Part shown: one piece after another, positions 25,112 to 37,232 of the stretch
Layout of the letters: each line of letters opens with the position of its first letter
How positions within the stretch are numbered: position 1 is the first letter of the stretch
Assembly: GCA_964199315.1 (NCBI GenBank)
Contig: OZ116707.1
Span: 4,464,001 to 4,528,000, forward strand
Reading direction: 5' to 3'
Length of the DNA: 64,000 bases
DNA from: Orbicella franksi
Taxonomy: Eukaryota
Program-made: the position numbers and the translations under genes
The notes under the pieces: generated by a model
Told to the model about the DNA's origin: nothing
Databases searched by the model: none
What the model saw: only the letters and a program-made list of their open reading frames with translations

Positions 25112-26900
25112 CCGTATTTACCTGTGTATAATGCGCACTTTTTTCCCCTGAAGTTAACCTTCAAATTTCCAGTGCATATTATACACGGATTGCATCGCAT
25201 CTCATTAGCATAAGATAAAAGGAAAACAAACACAAAAGCTTTACAGTAACTGGTTTTTAATTGACATGGCAAAATTAACTACCAATTAAAAGTTTTCAAT
25301 TTCAATCCATGAATAAATTAAACTGAGTATTTAAGAAACAGTTGATAAGTAAAACAACATGTGAGAGTGTCAACCTCGAGCAATTTGAACTGCAATATGG
25401 CAACGAAACTTACCGCTACGAAACGTCAAAATTACACTGTGTCCGACAAGTTAAGAATTATCCAGTTCGCAGAGCAGAATGGAAATCGTGCTGCTGAATG
25501 GGAGTTCAGTGTTTCCGAGAGCAATGTTAGGCTTTGGCGAAAAAGTAAAGAAAACCTCGAGAAGATGCCACAACTGAAGCCTGCGAACCGCGGAAAGAAA
25601 GCTGCATGGCGAGAGTGTGAGATCGATCTGCTGGAGTGGATCACCGAGAAAAGAAACAATGGTCTTGCCATTCTGCCATCCCTAGTGCGACTGAAAGCCC
25701 TTGAACTTGCGAAGGATGAGAAGTACAACATTCCTGAAGGACAATTCAAGGCTGGAAATCACTGGTGTCAACGCTTCATGAAGAGGAATGCTCTGTCACT
25801 TCGACAGAAAACAACCTTGACACAACGTCTTCCAGCCGATTACGAGGAGATTGTCAGATTCCATCACTTTATCATTGGTCGCCGTAAAGAACAGTTACCC
25901 ACTCCATCTTATTGCTAACATGGATGAAACTCCACTCACTTTTGACATGCCACCAAACTGTACGATCAATAACACGGGCGAGAAAACCATCAAAATCTGC
26001 ACCACAGGAAATGAAAAGAATCGAGTTACAGTCGTATTGGTGTGCTGTGGGGATGGTTCAAAAATAAAGCCGATGGTCATCTTCAAGAGAAAAACTGTTC
26101 CAAAGATCAACAACCAACACGGAGTCGTTGTTTCAGCCCAGCAGAAAGGATGGATGGATTCAGAGCAGATGAAGGTTTGGATCGAGAAAGCATGGCATAG
26201 GCGGCAGGGTGGCCTGGGAAGGAGAAAGAGCCTGCTTGTTTATGACGCTTTTGAAGCCCATGTGACAGACACCGTGAAAGCAGCATTCAAACGAGAGAAC
26301 ACTGATCTTGCTGTTATTCCCGGCGGGTTAACATCAATTCTCCAGCCCCTCGATGTATCTTTAAACAAGCCGTTTAAAGATGGAGTCAGAAAAAGATGGA
26401 TGCAGTGGATGGCAGATGGAATCCATGAATTTACGGCAACTGGGCGACAAAAGAAGCCTTCAGAAGAACTGATCTGTTCGTGGATTTCGCAAGCATGGAA
26501 CGAGATTCCAGCAGAAATGATCACTGCCTCTTTCCTGAAGTGTGGCATTACGAACAATATGGATGGAACAGAAGATGATTTAGTCTATAATTCAACTGAG
26601 GACACTGTTGAACTTGACGATTCTTTCGTCCAAGAACTATTTGCATCAGACTCCGAGTCAGATTTTGAAGGTTTTATTGTTTAAAAGACATCGAACATTC
26701 GAACACATCGAAATGCTACTGAACGCTAGCTTCCCTCAGTACTGTGAGTACAAAGTATCTTTTGTAAGCTTAAGAATTTTTGTTAGGTAATTTAACTTTG
26801 GTGATATGTTGTGAGTTTAGGTCAAATGATTTCACGATTATCGCATCTGTAGAAGCGTTTTATTGAATAGAAAACACAAATAATTGTAAGTCACATCAAA
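25112..26900 (+). mobile_element. pogo-like (POGK-type) DNA transposon, left end intact, right TIR not found
   Basis: TA|CCGTATTTACCTGTGTATAATGCGCAC terminus at 25112 with an internal inverted copy near 25172; transposase follows. Right boundary is approximate. Confidence 0.8.
25397..26684 (+). pseudogene. pogo transposase (BrkDBD-like + HTH_Tc5 + DDE_1) with one frameshift
   Basis: MATKLTATKRQNYTVSDKL...FKAGNHWCQRFMKRN; frameshift at ~25891 (KE.SYPLHLIANMDETP); catalytic NMDETP, YDAFEAH and QPLDVSLNKPFK; acidic tail. Confidence 0.9.
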
Positions 26901-27068
26901 GTTTTTAAATAAGTCTTGCGTGCGATAACTACAGTGAAGAAGCGAATAGTTTATTGTTGTAGATGCCTAAGTTAATTTCAAGTTCTAGTTAAGATTAAAT
27001 CAATAAAAAAATTGGCTGGAGTAACTGCAGAATACCCTGCCATTTCAAAGCTGCTTCCTTGAAGACTG

Positions 27069-27348
27069 CGGATATGTGGATACGTAGTGGCGAACACCAC
27101 CCCTCTCCTAAATATAATCCAAGTGTATATGGAAGTGGATACGCAGATACGTGTATACGTGGTGGCAAAGACCACCCCTCCCCTAGAAATGATCCAAGTG
27201 TATATTGAAGTGGATATGCGGATACGTGGATACGTGGTTGGGAAGAGCACCCCTCCCCTAGAAATAATCCAAGTGTATATTGAAGTGGATACGCGGATAT
27301 GTGGATACGTGGTGGCAAACACCAGCCCTCCCTTAGAAATAATCCAAG
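27069..27348. repeat. 75-bp minisatellite, ~3.7 copies
   Basis: Unit cggatatgtggatacgtggtggcaaacaccacccctcccctagaaataatccaagtgtatattgaagtggatacg. The length is a multiple of 3, which explains the repeated ORFs in three minus frames. Confidence 0.9.
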
Positions 27349-27618
27349 ATTCGAAGTATTAATGGACGAAGATACTTTGATCCATGAAGTGTAAAATGTT
27401 TTAATATTTAAAACCATTTTGACTGTAGCACGCCAATCTGAAATGTAATAATCACATTAACTAATGAAAACTTTTTCGAAAACTATATGTGAAAATATTT
27501 TACATAGTTTATATTGATTGGAAAATGTTCTTAACCGATGGAACCAGAATATCATTTACGACAAAAATTAGTTCAAAAAGATATGGGAATGTGTTGTACA
27601 TAGTTCGTATGATCGTCG

Positions 27619-28037
27619 TTAATCACTGAAAAAGCCTGAGGGTACATGGCCTCTTGATTCTAACCCTCTCTTGATGGCAGGAGTGACACTGCGATGCGTT
27701 GGTAACTGGTATCTTTGCCGAAACTCTGTTTGTGAGCACAGATCACTCGGCCATGTTATTGAATCTGGGTTATTCTTCACAAAAACTGTGACAGGGTTTG
27801 TGGTTCGCGGGATCCTGAAGGAAAAGATTTTTCCCATTCCAGAGTTTTCCAAACTGACTATAGCATCTCGAAATTCTGCTTCCGCAATCCCACGCAACTT
27901 TCGAGTGGCGCTCTGCTTGAATGCCCTGAAGGTGAAGACAGGTCCGGAGAATAGGATGCAGGCGGTCTTCACTGCTAATGCTGTCGGCTGCGGTTTTTCG
28001 TCGTCCAGTGTTGATGTTATCAACTCGCCCAGGAACT
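27619..28037 (-). CDS. Isolated terminal exon of an unidentified (probably TE-borne) gene
   Basis: Acceptor gtgatatttttag at ~28038, then an open frame FLGELITSTL...ILFSGPVFTFRAFKQ...EAEFRDAIVSLENSGMGKI... to TAA 27619. Protein-like, possibly winged-helix; no upstream exon found. Confidence 0.4.
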
Positions 28038-28860
28038 AAAAATATCACATAAAAAGGGGGACATGTTTGTTTTTGTGGTCAAAAAAAAACAGATGTGCGC
28101 TATTATACTCGTATGAATTGGAAAGCGTGGTCGTTGTTTTAAAGAACGAATGATTTGTATTCACATTTTTTATTGCTAGGCGCACTCTTAGGTTCTTCGC
28201 TGTGTGATCTTAGGGTAATTTTTTTCGAAGCACAAAATCGGTTGGAAATTCTTTGTGAAATGTGCTATTTTAGCTTATTTTACGTAAACTATCATTTTTA
28301 AAATGGAAAACATACATTCTGTTTAGCTCTGTTGGGCTCTGACTCTTAAAAGAACGTAGAATGTACTCTCCATGTTATGGGTTATTATTTTCCCTTGGTA
28401 AAGTAGTCGTTAAAAGACAACACTGCGTACGGTGTAGCAAGCACAATGCATAGGTACGCCATTGTGACATTATTTAAAATTACGTGCATTTCAAATTAGT
28501 TACCGACTGGGTACGGCGTAAGCGGTCTCGTGGAAATTCGTGTGTATGGCAGGGTATGTACGTGGGGGAGAAATTGCAGAATACCTGGCCACTCGAACTA
28601 TAAACAAATCTTTAAGCCTTGCTACCCGACTACACAGTTTGTGTATTACTTTCTTTTTTCACGTTTTTAGAACGAGAAATTGACACTTCGCTACTTACGT
28701 GACTATGGCTATTTGGCTGCGCGTTTTTGGATGTTATCACGTTGTATTATAAAGGAAGACCTGTGTTTTGTTTACATGTTTTGTATCTGAGAGAGATAGG
28801 ATGAGGGGAAGTGAAATACTATGTACAATGCTTACCTCAACAAATATTTCTTTTGTCTAG

Positions 28861-29032
28861 GTTCAAAGGTATATGAAAAAGTTGCAGGGAGCCTCACTAA
28901 TACCCAGCTCATGAATGACATAAAAAAGTTGTCAAATGATGCACAGACTAGCTGTCTAGAAGGTTATCATGCAACTCTCAACTTTTGGCATCCAAAGATG
29001 ATATGCTTTTCTTGGATGGGAACATATTGCAG
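28861..29032 (+). pseudogene. Kolobok-type DDE transposase exon
   Basis: AG/GT-bounded exon encoding LMNDIKKLSNDAQTSCLEGYHATLNFWHPKMICFSWMGTYCR, matching the recalled Kolobok motif DIxKLS..QTSxLExxH......PK...FS. Confidence 0.7.
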
Positions 29033-29077
29033 GTAAAAAATATTATGTATAAATAAGGGCCATCTATTTATCTATCT

Positions 29078-29394
29078 GTGGGAGGTGCAGTGGCCTTGTG
29101 GTTAGTGTGCTTGACTCCAGTCTGGGTTTGAACCCTGGCCAGGGACATTGTGTTGTGTTCTTAGGGAAGACACTTAACTCTCACAGTGCCTCTCTCCACC
29201 CAGGAGTATAAATGAGTACATGCGAATTGTTGGGGAAACCTAACAAGTTGCATGGGAAGTGACCTGCAATGGACTAGCATCCCATCCAGGGGGAGTAGAA
29301 ATACTCCTAGCTACTTCATGCTTCAAAACCAGGATGAGCTCCCAGCAGCTACAGCTGTATGAGCCAGTCATGGCTCCAAGGCTTCACTTTTTTA
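29078..29394 (+). mobile_element. tRNA-derived SINE with a CORE/Deu/Nin-like central domain
   Basis: A-box-like GTGGCCTTGTGG, B-box-like GGTTTGAACCC, conserved AAGACACTTAACTCTCACAGTGCCTCTCTCCACCCAGG, T-rich tail; flanked by the direct repeat ATCTATCT (29070-29077, 29395-29402). Confidence 0.85.
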
Positions 29395-29399
29395 ATCTA

Positions 29400-30228
29400 T
29401 CTACTTTATGCATAACACTTTCCTTAAAATAATTATAGTTGCAAGCTTTGTCCAAACAACTAGAGGGAGTCATCCAATTATGGTACTGTACACATTTTTT
29501 TCTCCATATTTTCAGACATATCATAGCATTTGCCAAATTCTCTACTTTGCATTTGCCACCACACAAACACCTGTAAAAAGTTAAGATAAAAGAGGAAATG
29601 TTACCACAGTAATCCTAATGTGAGTGCAAACATGGACAATTTTTTGTTTTAAAATTCTGTTATAATAATCTTGGCTAAACAAAGATCAACGGGCAAACGA
29701 TAATGATCTTGAGAGGGCGAGCGTGTGAACAAAAGAATCTTCAATGCAATACAAGCTGCGGCAACACAATGAGAACTGGCATTGGACTTAATAAAGAATC
29801 ATGTAAATATTTTCCCAAGCTAAAAAAGTAAATTAATGAAGGAAGCAACTAGAACATGCGTCTGGTTGAAGCTTCATGTTTGCTTCAAGCTCAGGTGTGA
29901 GATTTGCAAACCGCGATTGGAGTGGTTTAATTTGACAACGCAAAATGCCTTTTGCAATTTTCTTACATTGAAGACATGGCAGTTAAATAGCTTACCAATT
30001 ACTGACTGTTTCTTTGCTTTCAAATTGGGATTCTAGGACTGCGAAGCGTATGCCATTCTTGTCGTCCTCATCGTCTTCCTCAATCTCGTCGTCTCCTTGC
30101 AAGTCAGCAATAGGCTCATCTTGGTAAGGTTGAACTATCGAATTAACTGAGCCCTCCACTTCTCCCATTGACTCCAGCGACTCATCAGACGAAGATGTGC
30201 TAGCAGAAAGTTCATCATTTGGAGACAT
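29400..30228 (-). pseudogene. Second Kolobok gene (P2X7-like / KolX-type Cys-rich protein), two exons
   Basis: ATG 30228 MSPNDELSAS...VQPYQDEP...acidic...VSNW, donor gtaagc at 29995, acceptor ttttacag at ~29575 giving W|CLCGGKC. Convergent to the transposase exon. Confidence 0.6.
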
Positions 30229-30229
30229 T

Positions 30230-30510
30230 TTTGCTGTGATAAAATTGCTAAGAAAATGGCTCAAAGAGTAGCAAGTTGCAGTAAATACACTGATGCGAAA
30301 TGACACATCGAAAGTAACGCACCTTATGACGTCACTAGTCCCAGGCCTCAGAAAACGACATTTGTGATTTGGCAACTTTTGAGTTGTAAAAAAATATGTT
30401 TTACGCACCGGACCAGAGCTTAAATTGGAAAATTATGAATCAGTGCAATATAGACTTCACTTTTGTAGAATAAAAAAGCGGTCAAAAATTTCAATTCATA
30501 GGCACTTTAA
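30230..30510. mobile_element. Kolobok-like terminus
   Basis: ...TTCATAGGCACT|TTAA at 30506/30507-30510 (reverse complement TTAA|AG..., the TTAA + RR terminus rule), directly upstream of the P2X7-like gene. Confidence 0.5.
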
Positions 30511-30851
30511 GGGACACCGGCCCCTAATACAAATAACAGTGAAGGGCGCAAAGTAGCCGCCCCAATAAGGCACTAATTACACACCGGACCACATCCAGGC
30601 CTGGCAAGAGAAAAAATGTACCACACCCAGCTAGCACATTCCACTTGCACAACTCAGCACGAAGGGTCAAAACAATAAAGGAACAAACCGGCTCTGAAAG
30701 ATGAAAGCAACACAAAAAAATGCCAAACAAACACAATGCGCAGGATGTAACAAAATTGAGGGTGGCGCTCGTTAAGCGACGTTAAGTATAGACAGATCCT
30801 TTAACACCGCCCCTCTATAGCTCCTATAAAGTTTAATTGAGCCAAAGTCAT

Positions 30852-31352
30852 TTAAATGAATGCCGTCCTTGAGGTAAATGCCACTGCTCGGGTTCCAAAA
30901 CCCAACGTGCCACAATAGAAGCAAAATTGCAAAGGCTCAAGAACAACCTTTAAGTATTTATGTAGCTTAATTACTCGGGAGTTAAAGTCAAGCATCTTGG
31001 GCGACAGGGGACAGTGCTTAATGACCTGACAGACCTCAATCACTTTAACACTACAATTCTCATGAAGGAGCTGAACTAGTTCCTCAAGGGAAGAACCAAC
31101 AGATTCTGGAGAGGATGTGGTGAGGTTGTTGGTGCCCAACTCGAGAATTACGATGTCAGGTTTCCAGCCACGCACAAAACCAAGATCGAATTTTTCAACT
31201 TTCATGACCGTTCGCCTGCTGACCCCAAAAAGAGCAATTTCTGCAACATCCTTAAGTCCCAGATTATGGGAGTAAATGTTAGAATAGGACAGAAAAGAAC
31301 TTAAGTGATCAATGAAAGAGAGACCTAAGATAAGAGCACGTGGTGGAGACAT
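30852..31352 (-). pseudogene. SGNH hydrolase ORF typical of Ngaro/DIRS-class retroelements
   Basis: PRALILGLSFI (degenerate GHSF), PDIVILELGTNNL (block III), VCQVI, FNSRV; frameshift before the DGVH block. The flanking element spans ~30515-31500. Confidence 0.75.
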
Positions 31353-31539
31353 TGCGTGAAAAAGAGTATTTAGGAAATTTTGTTAAACCTAACGAGTGAT
31401 AGCTGATGCTGCTGCTCACCAAAATGACAACCACTGATCAGAATATATATTAAAAGGCACCTGCCTGATATTAAAGTAGTTAAAACTTTTGACAGCTACG
31501 AGCAGTGACATTTACACTCAGGCGGCTAGGACTCTCACA

Positions 31540-32717
31540 CACACCTTTATGCAGAAATCTGATATGATCCATGAAGCCAATTGTTCTCTGCCAAGCAGGT
31601 ATCCTTAACAATGACCCTTTCTCATCTTACATAAACCTAATTATGCATGCTGCATAATTGGTGGGTTTTTTGTTTACAAATATTTTTTTAAAAGATCCTT
31701 GTGAAATGTGAGGAAGGACTATCTCTTTTATCCTTGTTTTAAAAAGTTCTTGTTTACTGTACTTTAATTTTCCTGTGTATGGCTAAAACTTCAGGTACTC
31801 TGTTTTCCTAATAGCAGACAGCAATATACCTGTTCCTACGGATGACCATGATGCAGTAGAAAAACAGGAATCTTCGTTTCGCCATGGCGTACATTATTTT
31901 CTTGAATCTACCTGCTCAGATAAAGGTCTGTTCAGCCACAGGTGTGTTGAGATGAGGATACTTTTCCTTGAGGTAATTGCTCCTGTATTTAATCCTACAC
32001 AGTGGGTCTTTATGGTTCCTCATGTGTAATCTATGCAGAATGTTTTGCACCTCGAGCCACATTAAATTGTATGGTTCGGGAAAAAGTAACTCTTTTCTGG
32101 CAGCACAGAGTCTGTCCAAGCTACACATGTCATTTGAAACAATAACCTCTCCCCACTTGCTTTTGGGGATGCCTTCAAGTCATTTGAGAAGCTACTGAAG
32201 TGTGATCAGGAAGACCTGGCCAGGACCTTCTGAGCTGCAGAAATGTCAAAAAAGCAAAGAACTCATGAATGGAACAAAAAATATTTACACTGAATTAAAA
32301 AGGGAATGCCGGGAATGTTTAACCCTTTTTTTACTTCTGAATGTACGTTCATGTGTAAATTTTGTAAATTCTCCTCCAGACAAGTGCTCAATCCAAGAGT
32401 GTCATAAGAAATAGGACACTACATTGGTAATGGTTCTCATAACCGAGAGTTTGTTACAAAAATGTTCCTGGTCCAATCCCAAGATTAACTGAACTTTAAA
32501 TAAAGGGGCATCTTCATAATATACTTATGCCAATGGATAATTATTACTTACACATAGAGAGGGCACCATCTTTCAATATGACCTCCACGTACAAAGTGGA
32601 GTAGGCTGTGGGACCATTTCCCTAGAGACCTTTGACTTTCACTGGTATCCTTATTGCAAATGGCATTGCCATTTTCATCAGACTCACATCCCTGAAGGAT
32701 TGAATGATGCCTACTAG
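31540..32717 (-). pseudogene. KDZ (Kyakuja-Dileera-Zisupton; HMGXB3 C-terminal-like) transposase relic, multi-exon
   Basis: Exon 1 ends GKWSHSLLHFVRGGHIERWCPLY|gtaag; exon 2 SEGPGQVFLITLQ...SNDMCSLDRL...LPEPYNLMW...LHRLHMRNHKDPLC...NTPVAEQTFI; stops and small deletions. Confidence 0.7.
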
Positions 32718-33479
32718 TGAAACTTTCTGTCCCTGGAAAGAAAACGAAACCATGACTTATCAGTCGATATTCTAGTTGAACAAAAACCTTTGTTTTCCAT
32801 ATGAACTCAGTGCATGTCTAATGTTCAGGGCCCTAGTGCACTGAATCTATCCTCTTGAAAATGCGTCAGCAATAGTTACCAATGACACAATGGTGGTCCT
32901 CATTCTTTGAAAGACACCAAGTACTAGTGCGCAGAACCGCACAGTGAGTCAGGACAGCAAGAAGGCTAGCTTGTCATATAACAAAACGGTCTACTTAAAC
33001 CAGTGGCCCATCTAAAAATGTAATTGATTCTGATGTCAATACCTTGAGATTCAGCGGCAGATGAACCCCTGTGCCTACTATTGGTCTGCAGGTTGGCAAC
33101 AACATGGTTTATTTTCTTGGCATTTGTGATGGTCACGTCTGTAGGATCTGAGCCTATTATGAATGGACCAAAAACACAAATTACACTAATTGAGAATACC
33201 AATGGCCCATACATTAAGTGGACTTGAAACTTACAGTAATATGGCGAAAACGAGAGAAACCTCTGGAATATTTCAAATGCCCTAGACGCCTGGTAAATTT
33301 TCCGAAAAAGGATAAAACTTGTTGTCTCATGTGGTTGTAAAGGAGAGTACGAGATCTGGAGATCCGCCATCTTTGTTATGGTTGTCTTTATGTTTTGGTT
33401 AAACACCCCTGTGGGCTCAAATGTCCAAAATTTCTCGCCATGACCAATGTCACACACATGCTGTTGCACTGTGCTACTT

Positions 33480-36100
33480 CCAAACTTCACATGCCTCTTC
33501 GCATGCTGTTTGTAACAAGTAACTTATTCTTCTTTCAGCTTTACTTACTTATGTAAGAAACAATGTACATTGCAGAAGCATAGACATCTAAAACAAATTG
33601 AATGTCCACATTTGTCCTCCATGCCAAAAGACAACTATTGTTATAATTATTGATTCTTAGCTCATCAGCTTGACTTTTCAGGAAAATTGTTGGAGCATTC
33701 AAAGATGATCTTAAAGCTAAAATAAAATCTGCTTCACGATGTTAAGTTCATCTAAGAACTCATCAAAAGTAACACATTTTCCTTCTTTCATGTCATTTAA
33801 CTGGTTTCTAATTCTGTGCCAAGATGCATGATGTACTTTTTTGTTTTTATTTGATTCATGATTTAAGGGATAAAGTACTACAGTTTCACGCATAGGTGCC
33901 TGGGGATAGTTGAACCTGCAAATATTATAATTTTTCTTTTTAAGACAAGTGCAAGAGTTGTTGTGGTACTGTTGACTAACTAATTCCTTTAATTCTCGTC
34001 TGTCATCAGGTGGTTTTGCACATGTAATAATGGAGTCTATGTAACCCATCACATGTGCATCAGAATGAACTCCAAATTTTGGGGCAACCCTTATCCATAT
34101 CAGCACAATTATGAACATGAGGAGAGCTATGTTGCTGAATTTCAACTCTACAGAACCAATCTGCGACTTGTCTTAGAGGAGCACAATCACTCAGCAGAAA
34201 GTCTCTAATGAAAGTCTGAACTTGGTAGTCAAATTGACAAGCACATGTGACTGGGTCACTTTGAATGAGCCTACAATTGTCCTCCGAAGTCACATTCTCA
34301 AGCTGTTCATTTGTATAATCTTTAGTATCAACAAGTTTCCCCAACATTTTCAAAAGATGAACCCATTTAGTTTCTGCAGCAGAAAAACTACAAAATAATG
34401 TGGCTGGTCCTAATCGTTGAATCATAACAAATATCTTTCTTTGCCTTTTCAAAGTAGGGAGGTGATCCTTGAATTGAGTGTAAGAATCTGTACCCTTATT
34501 CTGCATGCTCAAGTTTGTCAAGTGCACTTTCCTTTTTCAGCTGACTTGCTGTTATTCTATTAGATCCTGTTTTGTGTTTTCTTAAAGCAATCTGTGACTT
34601 CCCAAGAATAATTTTCATTTGCAACTTTTTTGTGTTGAAAAATATATTCTCCACACACTTTGCAGCTCTCCTGTTTGTGCGTCTAAGCTCTGACTTACAA
34701 ATATCACTGTAATGAACAGGAACAAACCTTTCATTGTTATCTGCTCTTCTCTGCCCACAGAATATATGTGACCCTCCAAGGAAAAACAGGGATAAAGGTG
34801 ATAGCACGCTTATAACATACTTCCACTTGGAAATAAAAGAATTTGACTTTAGCATGCTTAAAGCGTGTTCAGGAGCACACTTCATGAGTAAACTCCTTTG
34901 TTTGGCTGGACACAAAGAACAATAAGCATACACACACTAACAATGCAGTCAAACAAAGGAGCATGTTAAACTTCAAAAACACAAGATAGCGTGCCACAAC
35001 ACGCTTTAGTGAGCAAAATAGCACAACATGCTTAAAGCGCAATACTTTCAACTGCTGTGCGGAAAGAGTTTTGGGCGGAGAGAACATTGACGAACATTGC
35101 AGTTGCTCATCGATCAACACAATCAGAGACAGCAACTTCTTTGCCTGTATTTGTTTTGAAAGGAAGAAAGGTGATCGTTTGTCTAAAAACATTCTACTTG
35201 TGTTTGAGGTTATTCAGAATAATAGTATCTTTTTTTCATTGTCCAACACGGATGCCAAGTTTTCTCCCGTACTTTGTCGCTATTTATTAATTGTCGCTAA
35301 TTTAGAAGCTTTTAGAGTAAAATAGTAAGATTCCAACTTTTTGGAGAGCAAGATTGCAAACTTTCTGCCGTGTTCCTTTTAGCTTTAGCACGTTCTAGCG
35401 TGCTAACTCACACACTAAGCGTGTTACAGTTAGCATGCTAATCAAAACAAGAGGTTTAGCATGTTAACATATTCAAAACAAATCGTTGTGTGTCCTTCAT
35501 TGTCCTTCAGTACTTATCTTTAAAAATGCTCAAAGGTTTATTACCCTCTCCTGGGGCAACATTAAGCACCTTTTCACATTCTGAATTATCCATGAAATTT
35601 GGAGAAGTTAAAATCGTGTCTGTTACACCAGAGTTGTGAATCATCTACTTCAATTTTCTCTGGAATTGTCTCCATTAAGGTTACTATCCTCTAAATGTAA
35701 ATCAGAATCATCAGATTCAGAAGCATTTTCAGTACCTATACTCTTTCAACTACTGACTGTTGATCTTAATATTTTCTTGTTTATAAAGCTTGGGTGTGTG
35801 AATAAGCCACTGAGCAATTTGGATAAGTCTCCTTAGTTAGGATCACAAATTTGTGGAGTTAATGAGGATTTATAAATATTATCTCAAAATATTGCCAAAT
35901 TTGTTAGACTCCTGATTTGAACTGCCTATTGAATTTTGTCAATGCCCTTCGTCACAAGTTCAAATTTGTCCTAACATGATTAAAGGGATTAGTACCAGGG
36001 ATTTGTTGCTGCAACAACCTTCACATGTACACTCAAGGAACAGTCTTGCTACATATGAACCAGTTTCCCCATGAAATGACTCCGGAGATAATGCCTTTAC
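33480..36100 (-). pseudogene. Helitron (Helitron2/Helentron-type) Rep relic
   Basis: VLNVAPGEGNKPLSIFKDKY; SELRRTNRRAAKCVENIFF; MIQRLGPATLFCSFSAAETKW; RLIQSDPVTC; HUH motif RVEIQQHSSPHVH.MLIWI; CRFNYPQAPM. Multiple frameshifts; helicase part not seen. Confidence 0.85.
34771..35504. mobile_element. ~730-bp unclassified insertion inside the Helitron ORF
   Basis: Helitron coding sequence breaks after DKY (~35505) and resumes at HIFCGQRR (~34770). The insert has repeated (A/T)AGCA(T/C)G(C/T)T(A/T)A motifs near both ends. Confidence 0.55.
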
Positions 36101-36419
36101 CTAACTTCTCACCAAAGTAAATTTACAAGTACAGAAATAATTTCAGCAGTTATTGTTTATTTGGTAATTAGTATAAACCAGATGCAACATCAGTCCACTT
36201 GACATAATTCATAGTGTTAAAAATGTCATGTATTGGTAGTTAGAATAATTTTGTAGTAAATGAAAACAAATATTTTTAGCCATTTGGCTGGGGCAAAATT
36301 TAGTTTATACTGGTGTTTTTTTTTAGTTAGACAAAAAAGTAGAACATATTGTACACAAGGCTGGCCTTAAACATATTCAATCATTGGGCCCGTATAATTA
36401 CATGGTTGTATTGTCATTA

Positions 36420-37232
36420 CTAACTACTTAATACCCGAGAGTGAGGTTGTTATGGAAAATCTCAAACTGAGGCCTTGCCGTGTTGACCGAGCGGTAGCGA
36501 GTTCAATACGGTAGGTGGAGGTTTGAGATTTTCCCATAATGGCTGAACGGTCAAGGTTATTAAGTTGTTTATTATATGGCTTATGAATTAAAGAAGAGAA
36601 AAAAATTATTCTGGCATTTATGGATGAACTTTTCAAGCATTGTGAACATCTAAAACCTTCTGCAGCTATCAGAAACACTGCTACCGAGAGAAACCGCCTG
36701 ATTGTTTACATCTGATGATCCTGGAAGCTGATTTACACTTGCTTGTGTTAAAGCGAGGGAATCTATTTGATGAGAACTGTGACGGAGTTTAATATTTTGG
36801 TAATTGTTGTGACTAAGATAATAACTTTTAAGTTTCTTTGTGTTGTTTTGCTCAGGATGCATGACAGATCTGCCAATGGTGTTTTTCACTTGGTGATTTT
36901 AGCTTTACTTAAGACTCGGCAAACTTTGATTGTTTTTCACCAGTGCTCGCCAAAGTTACCGGCTGGTAAGTCAAAAACAACTTCCATATAAATTTTATTA
37001 AGGAAAAATCTCTAAACTTTTAGCTACTTGGAATTAAATTTACTTTCTCTTACTGTTTTTAATCGGCTTTCATCGTTTCAATACGCTTGAATTTTCAGAG
37101 CTGAGCTCTTCCTAATTTGCATAATCCGTAATTGGCCCGTGGGCATTACGGCTACATAATGACTGCTCAGGTCTCACTCTTAGCTGATCAGAGCGTGCAT
37201 CACATCAGCCACAATCCAAAGCCACATAATAA
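36420..37232. mobile_element. Non-autonomous Crypton-like dispersed repeat
   Basis: 5' imperfect hairpin (gaaaatctcaaac...gtttgagattttc) with ttattatatggc, and a 3' end agccacataataaa, the layout I recall for cnidarian Crypton-derived repeats. Confidence 0.45.

Noticed and set aside
29078-29140. tRNA-like A/B boxes
   Set aside because: Head of a SINE; no complete cloverleaf.
24568-31500. DIRS RT fragment and SGNH ORF as one element
   Set aside because: Their order on the minus strand is the reverse of that expected for a single Ngaro element, and unrelated elements lie between them.
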